From Verrucomicrobiota bacterium (lineage in GTDB: Bacteria > Verrucomicrobiota > Verrucomicrobiia > Limisphaerales > CANJXF01): a stretch of 28,725 nt of DNA. The notes beneath the pieces are model-generated. The model saw only the letters and a list, made by a program, of their open reading frames with translations, had not been told where the DNA came from and did no database searches. Location: the NCBI GenBank assembly GCA_038214755.1, contig JBBQRQ010000064.1, forward strand, positions 1 to 28,725, written 5' to 3'. The position numbers and the translations under genes are program-made. Below, one piece after another: positions 16,517 through 24,265 of this stretch. The first letter of the stretch is position 1, and every line of letters begins with the position of its first letter.

Positions 16517-18421
16517 ATGTCACCGACACTTGATCCACCTCCAAAGGAATTCAGCCGCGAGCAGAAGGAATTTCTTGAAGGATTTTTTTCTGGAAAAAAC
16601 TTTCGCGGCGTCGCCTTTCGTGATGTCGAAGCTGCGCCGAAAAGCGCGGAAGAGAAAGCGCCGGAAGCAGAATTAATTTTCGAAGAGCGCATCAAAAAGG
16701 AACTCCATCCGCTCGACGCCTACTCGCTTTTGACCGATCACGCCGACGCCAATAAAGCGCCCGAGCGCGAAAACATTTACCGTTTCAAATGGCACGGGCT
16801 TTTTTATCTCGCGCCCAATGCGGATGGTTTCATGGTTCGACTGCGCATTCCCGGCGGGCAATTGAAAAGTTATCAGCTTCGCGAGATCGCCACTCTCGCC
16901 AAAGATTTAGCCAGCGGTTTTGCCGACATCACCACGCGCGCCAATTTGCAGGTGCGCGTTTTTAAAATAAAAGATGCGCCGGAAATTTTGCGGCGCATCC
17001 AATCGGTCGGCCTGCACACGCGCGGCGCGGGCGCGGACAATGTTCGCAATCTCACCGCCAGCCCAACGGCGGGGATCGATCCATTCGAGTTGATTGACGT
17101 CACGCCCTACCTTCAGCAGCTCGCGCAATTTATTTTCAACCATCGCGAGTTCTACAATCTTCCGCGCAAATTCAATATCGCCTTCGATGGGGGCGGGCGA
17201 ATCAGCGTGCTGGAAGACACGAACGACATCGGCTTTCACGCCGTGCAAATTTCCGAGCCGCCGGAGAACCATCCGTTGCGCGAAAAGATTTCGGCGGGAA
17301 TTTATTTTCGCGTGAAGCTTGCGGGCATCACCGGCCATCAGACCTTCGCGCAAGACGCTGGAATTTTAGTTGCGCCCGGCGATCTGGTGAAAATGGCCGC
17401 CGCGATTTTGCGCGTCTTCATCGCTCACGGAAATCGTTCCGACCGAAAGAAAGCGCGTTTAAAATATTTGCTGGAAAGTTGGGGACTGGAAAAATTTATG
17501 AGCGCGGTAGAAAAGCAATTTGGAAATCCGCTTTTGCCCGAGCCGTTGAACCCGAACTCCGAAGCTGGAATGGGTGGCACAGGCGACCCGCCTGTGCCGT
17601 CCGGCCACTGGCCGGACGGAATGAGAAGGACGTCGGCGTTAGAAACAAATGCACGGAAAGGCTCGACCGTTTTCTCCATTCCGAGCGGCGGGTCGCCGCT
17701 CGGGACAGGCCAGTGGCCTGTGCTACCCACCGCTTTTCCTCAACTCGGCGCGCATCCGCAAAAGCAAAAAGGATTTTATTACGTCGGCGTGGCGATTCCC
17801 GTTGGCCGCATGACGAGCAAACAAATGGTGCGGCTGGCGGAACTCGCCGAACTTTATGGCAGCGGCGAACTGCGTCTGACGGTCTGGCAAAATTTAATCA
17901 TTCCGAATGTCTCCGAAAGTTATGTCGAGACATTGAAAAAGGCGCTGGTCAAAATGGGGTTGAACTGGCAGGCGTCAAATGTGCGCGGCGGCCTCGTGGC
18001 TTGCACCGGAAATTCCTATTGCAAATTTTCCTCCACCGATACGAAAGGCCACGCGATTGAGCTGGCAAATTATCTGGAGAAAAAACTCACGCTTGATCAG
18101 CCGCTCAATATTCATCTCACGGGCTGCCCCAATTCCTGCGCGCAACATTACATCGGCGACATCGGTTTGCTCGGGACGAAAGTGAAAATTTCAGGTGAAA
18201 CGCTGGAAGGTTATCACGTCTTTGTTGGCGGCGGCTTTGGTGAAAACCGTGCGCTTGGCCGCCAGGTTTTTAGCGGAATTTCCTTCGAGCAACTCAAACC
18301 CACTTTGGAAAAAATGTTGCGCGGTTATTTACGGCATCGGCAACCGGGCGAAACCTTCCTCGTCTTCAGCCAGCGCCATGATCTCAACCAACTGCAATTG
18401 ATTTTTAGCAACGAAGAATGA
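16517..18421 (+). CDS. nirA: NirA-family siroheme/[4Fe-4S] nitrite reductase
   Basis: FKWHGLF, FMVRLRIPGG, DITTRANLQ, DNVRN, LPRKFNIAFDG, R.DRKKARLKYL, ACTG...C and TGCPNSC ligands. ATG at 16517 follows the cysJ stop. Confidence 0.9.
   Translation: MSPTLDPPPKEFSREQKEFLEGFFSGKNFRGVAFRDVEAAPKSAEEKAPEAELIFEERIKKELHPLDAYSLLTDHADANKAPERENIYRFKWHGLFYLAPNADGFMVRLRIPGGQLKSYQLREIATLAKDLASGFADITTRANLQVRVFKIKDAPEILRRIQSVGLHTRGAGADNVRNLTASPTAGIDPFELIDVTPYLQQLAQFIFNHREFYNLPRKFNIAFDGGGRISVLEDTNDIGFHAVQISEPPENHPLREKISAGIYFRVKLAGITGHQTFAQDAGILVAPGDLVKMAAAILRVFIAHGNRSDRKKARLKYLLESWGLEKFMSAVEKQFGNPLLPEPLNPNSEAGMGGTGDPPVPSGHWPDGMRRTSALETNARKGSTVFSIPSGGSPLGTGQWPVLPTAFPQLGAHPQKQKGFYYVGVAIPVGRMTSKQMVRLAELAELYGSGELRLTVWQNLIIPNVSESYVETLKKALVKMGLNWQASNVRGGLVACTGNSYCKFSSTDTKGHAIELANYLEKKLTLDQPLNIHLTGCPNSCAQHYIGDIGLLGTKVKISGETLEGYHVFVGGGFGENRALGRQVFSGISFEQLKPTLEKMLRGYLRHRQPGETFLVFSQRHDLNQLQLIFSNEE
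17571..17729. repeat. Four-hairpin REP-like element (159 bp), in frame in the NirA inter-domain linker
   Basis: Termini TGGGTGGCACAGG and CCTGTGCTACCCA; hairpins GGCACAGGCG-ACC-CGCCTGTGCC, CCGTCCGGCC-ACT-GGCCGGACGG, CCGAGCGGCG-GGT-CGCCGCTCGG and ACAGGCC-AGT-GGCCTGT. Confidence 0.85.
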
Positions 18422-18474
18422 ATGCAACATGAGGCTAACGAACTTGCCAGCGGGCATCGAATATCCGCCAGGTT

Positions 18475-18551
18475 TTGGAGTGCGCCAGTCCTCTGGCGCT
18501 TTTAGCGGGGCATCGCTGATCCAAAATCGCCAGAGGACTGGCGCACTCCAA
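18475..18551. repeat. TTGGAGTGCG-family inverted repeat pair
   Basis: TTGGAGTGCGCCAGTCCTCTGGCG and CGCCAGAGGACTGGCGCACTCCAA; the same unit occurs at 25501-25601. Confidence 0.85.
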
Positions 18552-18590
18552 GACGCTGCCGCGCGGTTTGGAACTCCTGCTAAAACACGT

Positions 18591-18616
18591 ATCCGCCTCC
18601 TCACGTCGATGGCTAC
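18591..18616 (-). repeat. Solo REP of the GTAGCCGCCGACGT family
   Basis: ATCCGCCTCCTCACGTCGATGGCTAC differs at 2 positions from 20172-20197. Confidence 0.7.
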
Positions 18617-18668
18617 CACTTGGGAACTGTTTCTCACATTCAACCAAACCAAATATCGAAATAAAAAA

Positions 18669-20108
18669 ATGAAATTCAAACTCGCCATTCCAGCCGCAAT
18701 TTTTTCCCTCGCCGCCACCGCCATCGCCGCTGAGGAAAAATCGATCCACGCTCCCCCGCCACCGCCCGCGACTCCGCCAAGTGCCGGACTTTTGAATGAT
18801 TATTTGCGCGAGGAGAATTCCGTTTTTCAACCATGGGACATTGGCGGACAATTTCGCGCGCGGCTGGAAGACCGGAAATTTTACGCCGGGCCGGGCGCGG
18901 TGGATTTTTCGGCCAACGGCAACGCGGACAACACTTATTACTTGTTTCGAGAAAAATTTCACATCGGCTATACGCCAGCCGCGTGGTTAACACTTTTCGG
19001 CGAAGCCCGCGACAGCTCTGCGCACAGCGATGATCGCGAGCCTAGTCCCGACAACGATGCGATTGACTTGTATCAAGCCTATTTAAAAATCGGCGACGCG
19101 AAAAATTTTCCTGTGACGCTAAAAATTGGCCGTCAGGAATTGCAATACGGTGACGAACGGCTCATCGGCAATGCGGATTTCAATAACGTGCCCCGTTCGT
19201 TCGACGCGATAAAATTGCGCTACGAAACCAGCGGTTGCTGGATCGATGCTTTCGTTTCGCAACCCGTCATTCCGCGCGATGACAAATTCAATACCTCGAA
19301 CGAGCACGATATTTTTTCCGGCATTTATGCATCGACTAAAAAACTTTTGCCGAAGAATGAAACGCAGATTTATTTTTTGTCGCGCAACACCGATGTCGAT
19401 TCGCCGACGTTTGTCACGAAGGCGTTGGTTAGGCTGCCGACGGCGCGCGACATTTATACGCTGGGCGGACGAATCAAATCTTTGCCGGGCGAATTTCACG
19501 GCTGGGATTATGACATGGAAGCCGCGTATCAATTCGGGCGTTTCAAAAGGGCTGCGACGGGAAAAAGTTTGGATCAGGAGGCCTTCGCGACCCATGTGGC
19601 CGGAGGTTATACGTGGAGCAAAACGTTCGGCGCGCCGCGCGTCGGGCTGGAATATAATTTTGCCTCCGGTGATAGCGACGCGACGGACGGAAAACACGAA
19701 ACCTTCGACAATTTATTTCCGACCAATCACAAACATTACGGCTACATGGATTTTGTTTCGTGGCAAAATATTCACGATTTGCGGTTCACCAGTTCAATCA
19801 AGCCGCTGCCCAAATTAACTCTCACGGGCGACGTGCATGGCTTCCTGCTGGCCGACACCCACGACTTTTTTTACAACGTCGGGGGCGCGCCGCGCAACGC
19901 CGGTGGTTATGGAATCAAATCGACGGCGGGAAATTACGTGGGAACGGAAATCGATTTCATCGCGACTTACGCCGTAAAACCTTACGCAATTTTGCAAGGG
20001 GGTTACGGACATTTTTTCCTGGGCGATTACGTCAAGGATTCTTTGAATGGCACGGGCGGAGCGAAAGATGCCAATTGGGTTTATGCGCAAGTGACTTTTA
20101 ACTTTTAA
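18669..20108 (+). CDS. Alginate-export (AlgE-like) family outer-membrane beta-barrel/porin
   Basis: Signal peptide MKFKLAIPAAIFSLAATAIA; DLYQAY, GRQEL.YGDERLIG, ASGD...TFDNLFPTNH..YG.MD; terminal Phe (YAQVTFNF). Confidence 0.85.
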   Translation: MKFKLAIPAAIFSLAATAIAAEEKSIHAPPPPPATPPSAGLLNDYLREENSVFQPWDIGGQFRARLEDRKFYAGPGAVDFSANGNADNTYYLFREKFHIGYTPAAWLTLFGEARDSSAHSDDREPSPDNDAIDLYQAYLKIGDAKNFPVTLKIGRQELQYGDERLIGNADFNNVPRSFDAIKLRYETSGCWIDAFVSQPVIPRDDKFNTSNEHDIFSGIYASTKKLLPKNETQIYFLSRNTDVDSPTFVTKALVRLPTARDIYTLGGRIKSLPGEFHGWDYDMEAAYQFGRFKRAATGKSLDQEAFATHVAGGYTWSKTFGAPRVGLEYNFASGDSDATDGKHETFDNLFPTNHKHYGYMDFVSWQNIHDLRFTSSIKPLPKLTLTGDVHGFLLADTHDFFYNVGGAPRNAGGYGIKSTAGNYVGTEIDFIATYAVKPYAILQGGYGHFFLGDYVKDSLNGTGGAKDANWVYAQVTFNF

Positions 20109-20125
20109 AAGCAGTTTAATAAGTT

Positions 20126-20197
20126 GTAGCCGCCGACGTAACGAGGCGGATTGGTGGTTTTTTCAGCCGGAATCCGCCTCCTCACGTCGGCGGCTAC
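20126..20197. repeat. Intergenic GTAG-REP doublet between convergent genes (possible terminator function)
   Basis: GTAGCCGCCGACGTAACGAGGCGGATT and AATCCGCCTCCTCACGTCGGCGGCTAC. Confidence 0.8.
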
Positions 20198-20239
20198 GGG
20201 CGTCATCGACTTATGAAACCCACCTGAGACGGAGTGTCC

Positions 20240-21505
20240 TCAATGGGCCGCTTTGCCGGAAATGTCCGCCGCGTGTTGCGAAAAAGATTTTCCGCGGCCC
20301 GTCGGATTGATGACGGAATCGATCACCCCACGCTCAAACTCGTCCCACATGGGCGACATGCCGCGAAGTTTGTTCACAATTTTTTCAAACGCTTCGATGA
20401 CATAATCGACATCTTCTTCGGTGTTATCCTTGCCGAGCGACATGATGATGTTGCCCTGGGCCAGAGCGTGATCGAGGCCGATGGCGCTGAGGACGTGTGA
20501 AACTTTCAGCGACTTGCTCACGCAACTGGAGCCGCTGGCCACCGCGATGCCGCTCATGTCGCAAAGCAAGAGTTGTCCCTCGCCTTCAATAAATTCCGTG
20601 CTCAAATTCAGGCTCGTGGAAATGCGCCTCGGTCCCGGCTCCGGGCCGTTCAATTTGATGTAGGGAATTTTTCTTTTCAGTCCTTCCCAGAGTCGCTTCT
20701 GCAATTTTGCGGTGTGCCCAATCCATTTCGACATTTCGCGCAGCGCGATTTCCGAGGCCAAACCTGCTCCGATAATGGCGGGAACATTTTCAGTTCCAGC
20801 GCGACGCCCGCCTTCCTGCACGCCGCCGTGCATCATGCTGACAATGCGCGCTTTTTTGTTGCGATACAAAATGCCGACGCCTTTCGGTCCGTAAAAACGG
20901 TGGGGCGAAAGCGAAAGAAGATTTGCGCCCATCGCCTGCACATCAATCGGCAGCCAACCCGCGCTCGCTTCGGCATCGACATAAAAAGCGATTCCTTTTT
21001 CGGCGGCGATTTTTCCAATTTCACGAATCGGTTCGATGGTTCCGATGTCGTGATTGACGTGATGGACGGCGATCAAAGTTGTTTTGTCAGTGATGGCGGC
21101 GCGGACATCTTCGGGATTGATCAAGCCTTCCGGGTCAACTTTCACTTTGGTGCAGGTGAAACCTTGCTTCTCCAAAAATTCGACGGAGTTGATGACGGAG
21201 GGATGTTCCGTTTCGCAAATAACGAAATGATTGCCTTTGCGTTGGTTGGCGTACGCGACGCCTTTGACCGCGAGATTGGCGGACTCAGTGCCGTCGGAGG
21301 TGAAGAAAATTTCCTCGGGCGATTCGGCATTGATCAACGCGGCGATCTGGCTGCGCGCTTTGGCAATCGCATCGCGGACGCGCAATCCATGTTGGTGAAG
21401 CGACGAGGGATTTCCAAACGCCTCCATGAAATAAGGCTTCATCGCCTCGAAAACTTCGGGCAATAGCGGCGTGGTGGATTGATGGTCTAAATAAACCTGG
21501 CGCAT
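20240..21505 (-). CDS. iscS: IscS/NifS-family cysteine desulfurase homologue (PLP lysine replaced by Arg)
   Basis: YLDHQSTTP, FGNPSSLH, EHPSV, HRFYGPKG, GGVQEGGRRAGTEN, SGSSCVS (catalytic Cys), LRGMSPMW. Confidence 0.85.
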   Translation of the reverse strand: MRQVYLDHQSTTPLLPEVFEAMKPYFMEAFGNPSSLHQHGLRVRDAIAKARSQIAALINAESPEEIFFTSDGTESANLAVKGVAYANQRKGNHFVICETEHPSVINSVEFLEKQGFTCTKVKVDPEGLINPEDVRAAITDKTTLIAVHHVNHDIGTIEPIREIGKIAAEKGIAFYVDAEASAGWLPIDVQAMGANLLSLSPHRFYGPKGVGILYRNKKARIVSMMHGGVQEGGRRAGTENVPAIIGAGLASEIALREMSKWIGHTAKLQKRLWEGLKRKIPYIKLNGPEPGPRRISTSLNLSTEFIEGEGQLLLCDMSGIAVASGSSCVSKSLKVSHVLSAIGLDHALAQGNIIMSLGKDNTEEDVDYVIEAFEKIVNKLRGMSPMWDEFERGVIDSVINPTGRGKSFSQHAADISGKAAH

Positions 21506-21649
21506 ATGTACTGTTTCAAATTTTAAATTATTCCAACGTTGCAGCCTCGGCCATTCGTCCCAACAGATCCTGCACTATTTGTTTACTGCTCACGCTGACA
21601 CTATGGGTGAGGACATCGCCCGATGCAAGGTGACATGGGGAATGCGAAC

Positions 21650-21783
21650 GTAGCGCAGGTTTCCAACCTGCCGTATCGCCGATTTCCAATCGGCAGGCGG
21701 TGGCAGGGACTGAGACGGTCGGATTTTTTCAGCGCTCTGCCGGTTTGAAACCCGCGATAAAGCAGATCGGAAATCTGCCCTAC
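21650..21783. repeat. Four-hairpin GTAG...CTAC REP element, intergenic
   Basis: GTAGCGCAGGTT-TCC-AACCTGC, GCCGATT-TCC-AATCGGC ... GCAGAT-CGGAA-ATCTGCCCTAC. Confidence 0.8.
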
Positions 21784-21896
21784 TTTCGTTGCGGCTAGCC
21801 GCGCTAAGTCCATCTGTGGTTTTCCTTTCTGAATAATCACGACTTGGAAATGAAAGGTTGTGATTAAAAGTGGGTGAGGTTGGGACCGAACTTATT

Positions 21897-22015
21897 TTGG
21901 ACTGCGGGCACACGCCCCCGCTTTGGCTGCGGGGTGGAAAAGCCGGGCTTCACGTTGAGCACTTAGTCCGTCGCGTAACGTGCAGGAAAAGCGGCGTCAT
22001 GCCGCCGCAGTCCAA
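21897..22015. repeat. TTGGACTGCG-family inverted repeat pair
   Basis: TTGGACTGCGG...CCGCTTT and AAAGCGGCGTCATGCCGCCGCAGTCCAA. Confidence 0.7.
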
Positions 22016-22140
22016 GGAAACCAAATCCCGCCTCACCGACTTTTAATCACATCCGAAATGAAACCTCAATCGGCGCCGGGCTTGACACCTCCTTGAAAAT
22101 TGAAATTAACTGGCGCCACACAGCATGACGGCGGCGCGGC

Positions 22141-22938
22141 ATGAAAACTTCCACGCAACAAAAATCAGCCGGAGACTTATTTGGCACTGCGGAAGTGTTG
22201 AAACTGGTGATCCAAAAACTGGCGAGCCAATCGTTGCTGTTCGGACTGGCGGTCATCGTCATTTTGGCAGGAGCGTGGAAACTTTTCGGGAAGGATTCCT
22301 TGCCGCTGGTCGGGGCGATTCTTTTTGTTTTCATCGCGGCGCTGGCCGGATATTTGTTTCTCGAACAAAGGAACAAAGTTATGCGCGGTGATCCAGCCAC
22401 CCTGCGAGACTTGAGTGCGGGGAAAATGAAAACCATGAGCAATTCGGCCAGCGATTTTAACGTGGATTTGTGGAGCGCCCCATTGTCTGCGACTGGCGCT
22501 CGCGACATTTCTGTGACCGCCAAAAAGAAAAAAGCCGATTACCGAATCGGACAGAAAATTGTCGTCGGTTTTCGCGCCAGCCGGGATTGTTATCTGACGC
22601 TGCTCAACGTCGGCACGAGCGGAAAGTTGACCGTGCTCTTTCCCAATTCGGCGCATCCCGATAATTTTATTCAAGCGGGCCGCGACTATCACATCCCCGA
22701 AGCGGACGACGATTTCGAATACGAATTGCAAGGCCCGCCCGGCGTCGAAAAACTCAAGGCCGTCGCGACCGTGAAAAAAATTCCGCTGCTGGAATCCAGC
22801 TTTGCTCCCGACGGTTCGCTCTTCCGCTGCGTGCCGGCGACCGATGGAGCGCGGGATATTTGTGTCGTGCAAAAAAAAGTGGCGTCGATTCCCGAAGCGG
22901 AGTGGGCGGAAAATGCCTGTGAATTTTCAGTAGCGTGA
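22141..22938 (+). CDS. Membrane-anchored DUF4384-domain protein
   Basis: Two N-terminal hydrophobic helices, then YRIGQKI...ASRDCYLTLLNVGTSGKLTVLFPN...DN.I.AG....IP......L.GPPGVE.LKAVAT, typical of DUF4384. Confidence 0.8.
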   Translation: MKTSTQQKSAGDLFGTAEVLKLVIQKLASQSLLFGLAVIVILAGAWKLFGKDSLPLVGAILFVFIAALAGYLFLEQRNKVMRGDPATLRDLSAGKMKTMSNSASDFNVDLWSAPLSATGARDISVTAKKKKADYRIGQKIVVGFRASRDCYLTLLNVGTSGKLTVLFPNSAHPDNFIQAGRDYHIPEADDDFEYELQGPPGVEKLKAVATVKKIPLLESSFAPDGSLFRCVPATDGARDICVVQKKVASIPEAEWAENACEFSVA

Positions 22939-22966
22939 ATTAAAAACGGTCAACCAAGGGAACCCT

Positions 22967-23311
22967 ATGCAATGTCCAAAATGCGGTTTTGAAAATCCGG
23001 CGGAAGCAAAGTTTTGCGGCAAATGCGGAGAGCCGCTGAAAATTGCAGGGCCGCCCAAACCACCGCCCTACGACGGCGACCGCCCGTCAGTGGTGTCGAA
23101 AGAAATGAGATTAGGCATCGCCATCGGATCAGTTTTCATTCCATTGCTCGGCATCATTATGGGCGCCATTTACATGAACGACGCGAATCCGGAAAAGAAA
23201 AAAGTGGGCAAGTTCTGGCTTTTCGTCGGACTCGGAGCGATCGCATTTTGGTGCGCGTGCGGCGCCATTTTTGGCGTGATGGGAAACATGAATCAGGGTG
23301 CTTTCCGGTGA
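22967..23311 (+). CDS. Zinc-ribbon domain membrane protein
   Basis: CPKCG.EN...AKFC.KCG zinc ribbon followed by two transmembrane segments. Confidence 0.82.
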   Translation: MQCPKCGFENPAEAKFCGKCGEPLKIAGPPKPPPYDGDRPSVVSKEMRLGIAIGSVFIPLLGIIMGAIYMNDANPEKKKVGKFWLFVGLGAIAFWCACGAIFGVMGNMNQGAFR

Positions 23312-23473
23312 GAAAATCAAAATCCGATTGGCCCTCGGCGCATCCGAGACGGAGGCGGCCAAGCTAACCCAGTGCGTCTCACCTGTGCTCCCGCAGTGGG
23401 TTCCTGTTTCCCCTGCGCCAGCGGGACGCGCTGCGCTACTTTGGTGGCAACATGATTTTAACTTTTGAAAGCG

Positions 23474-24265
23474 ATGAATTCCATAGCGCTACTCGCAAGC
23501 CTTCACGAATGGACTGGCTGGATGTGTCATCAATTGCCCGAACGTTCGCCGCACGATGGCGCTGCTGTCTTTCCCGTTTGTTTTCGTTGCGCCGGATTGC
23601 ATCTTGGTTTGGCTGCGTCGTATCTGGGTTTGTTTTTTTCAAATGGGTGGCGCGCGCGTTTTCCGTCCGTTCGTTTGGCGTTTGTCTTCGCCGCGATGAT
23701 GCTTCCGCTGATGATCGACGGGGCTGGCAACGCGCTGTATTTTTGGAATTCTCTCGGCTGGTGGCGCGGACTCACTGGACTGGGCGTTGGCCTGGCGCTG
23801 CCGTGGCTGCTGACGCCACTCGCTCACACGGAAGAGTCGATCCAAAATCCGAAATCCGAATCCCCGAAATCCGAACGAAATCCGAAATCCGAAAATGGAA
23901 AAGGGCTTTCGACCTTTTTCCAGGAATCGACATCGCGATCAGGACAGTCCCGCAAAACCTTCGGCATTCGGATTTCGGATTTCTTTCGGGCTTCGGTTTT
24001 CGGATTGCGGATTTCAGACCCAATCGCCGAAGTCTCTCGCGCGCGACCGCGACACTTATTTTTTCCCGCGTTGGGCGGAGCGATGGCGATTGCGCTGCTG
24101 AATTTTAATGGCAGGCCGATTTTATTTTGCGCTCTCGCGATCATGGCGGCGTTCGGCTGGTTTTTGTTTCTCGGACATTTCGTCCTGGCGCTCGTCCGGG
24201 TTTACGGAATCTCCATCGCGCGCCCGTTGTGCGACGGCTTTTTTCACGCCAAGATAAAAGTATGA
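23474..24265 (+). CDS. DUF2085-like membrane protein with an in-frame repeat insertion
   Basis: CHQLPERS......PVC.RC.G motif, PLMIDG, R.LTGL..G; stop overlaps the caspase start (ATGA). Confidence 0.75.
   Translation: MNSIALLASLHEWTGWMCHQLPERSPHDGAAVFPVCFRCAGLHLGLAASYLGLFFSNGWRARFPSVRLAFVFAAMMLPLMIDGAGNALYFWNSLGWWRGLTGLGVGLALPWLLTPLAHTEESIQNPKSESPKSERNPKSENGKGLSTFFQESTSRSGQSRKTFGIRISDFFRASVFGLRISDPIAEVSRARPRHLFFPALGGAMAIALLNFNGRPILFCALAIMAAFGWFLFLGHFVLALVRVYGISIARPLCDGFFHAKIKV
23843..24015. repeat. Inverted pair of CCGAAAT heptamer arrays, in frame within the DUF2085 gene
   Basis: AATCCGA repeats on the left (NPKSE peptide repeats) and TTCGGAT repeats on the right (23960-24015). Confidence 0.8.

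Noticed and set aside
18429..18668. 80-aa N-terminal extension of the porin
   Set aside because: It consists of translated intergenic repeats; a signal peptide starts at 18669.
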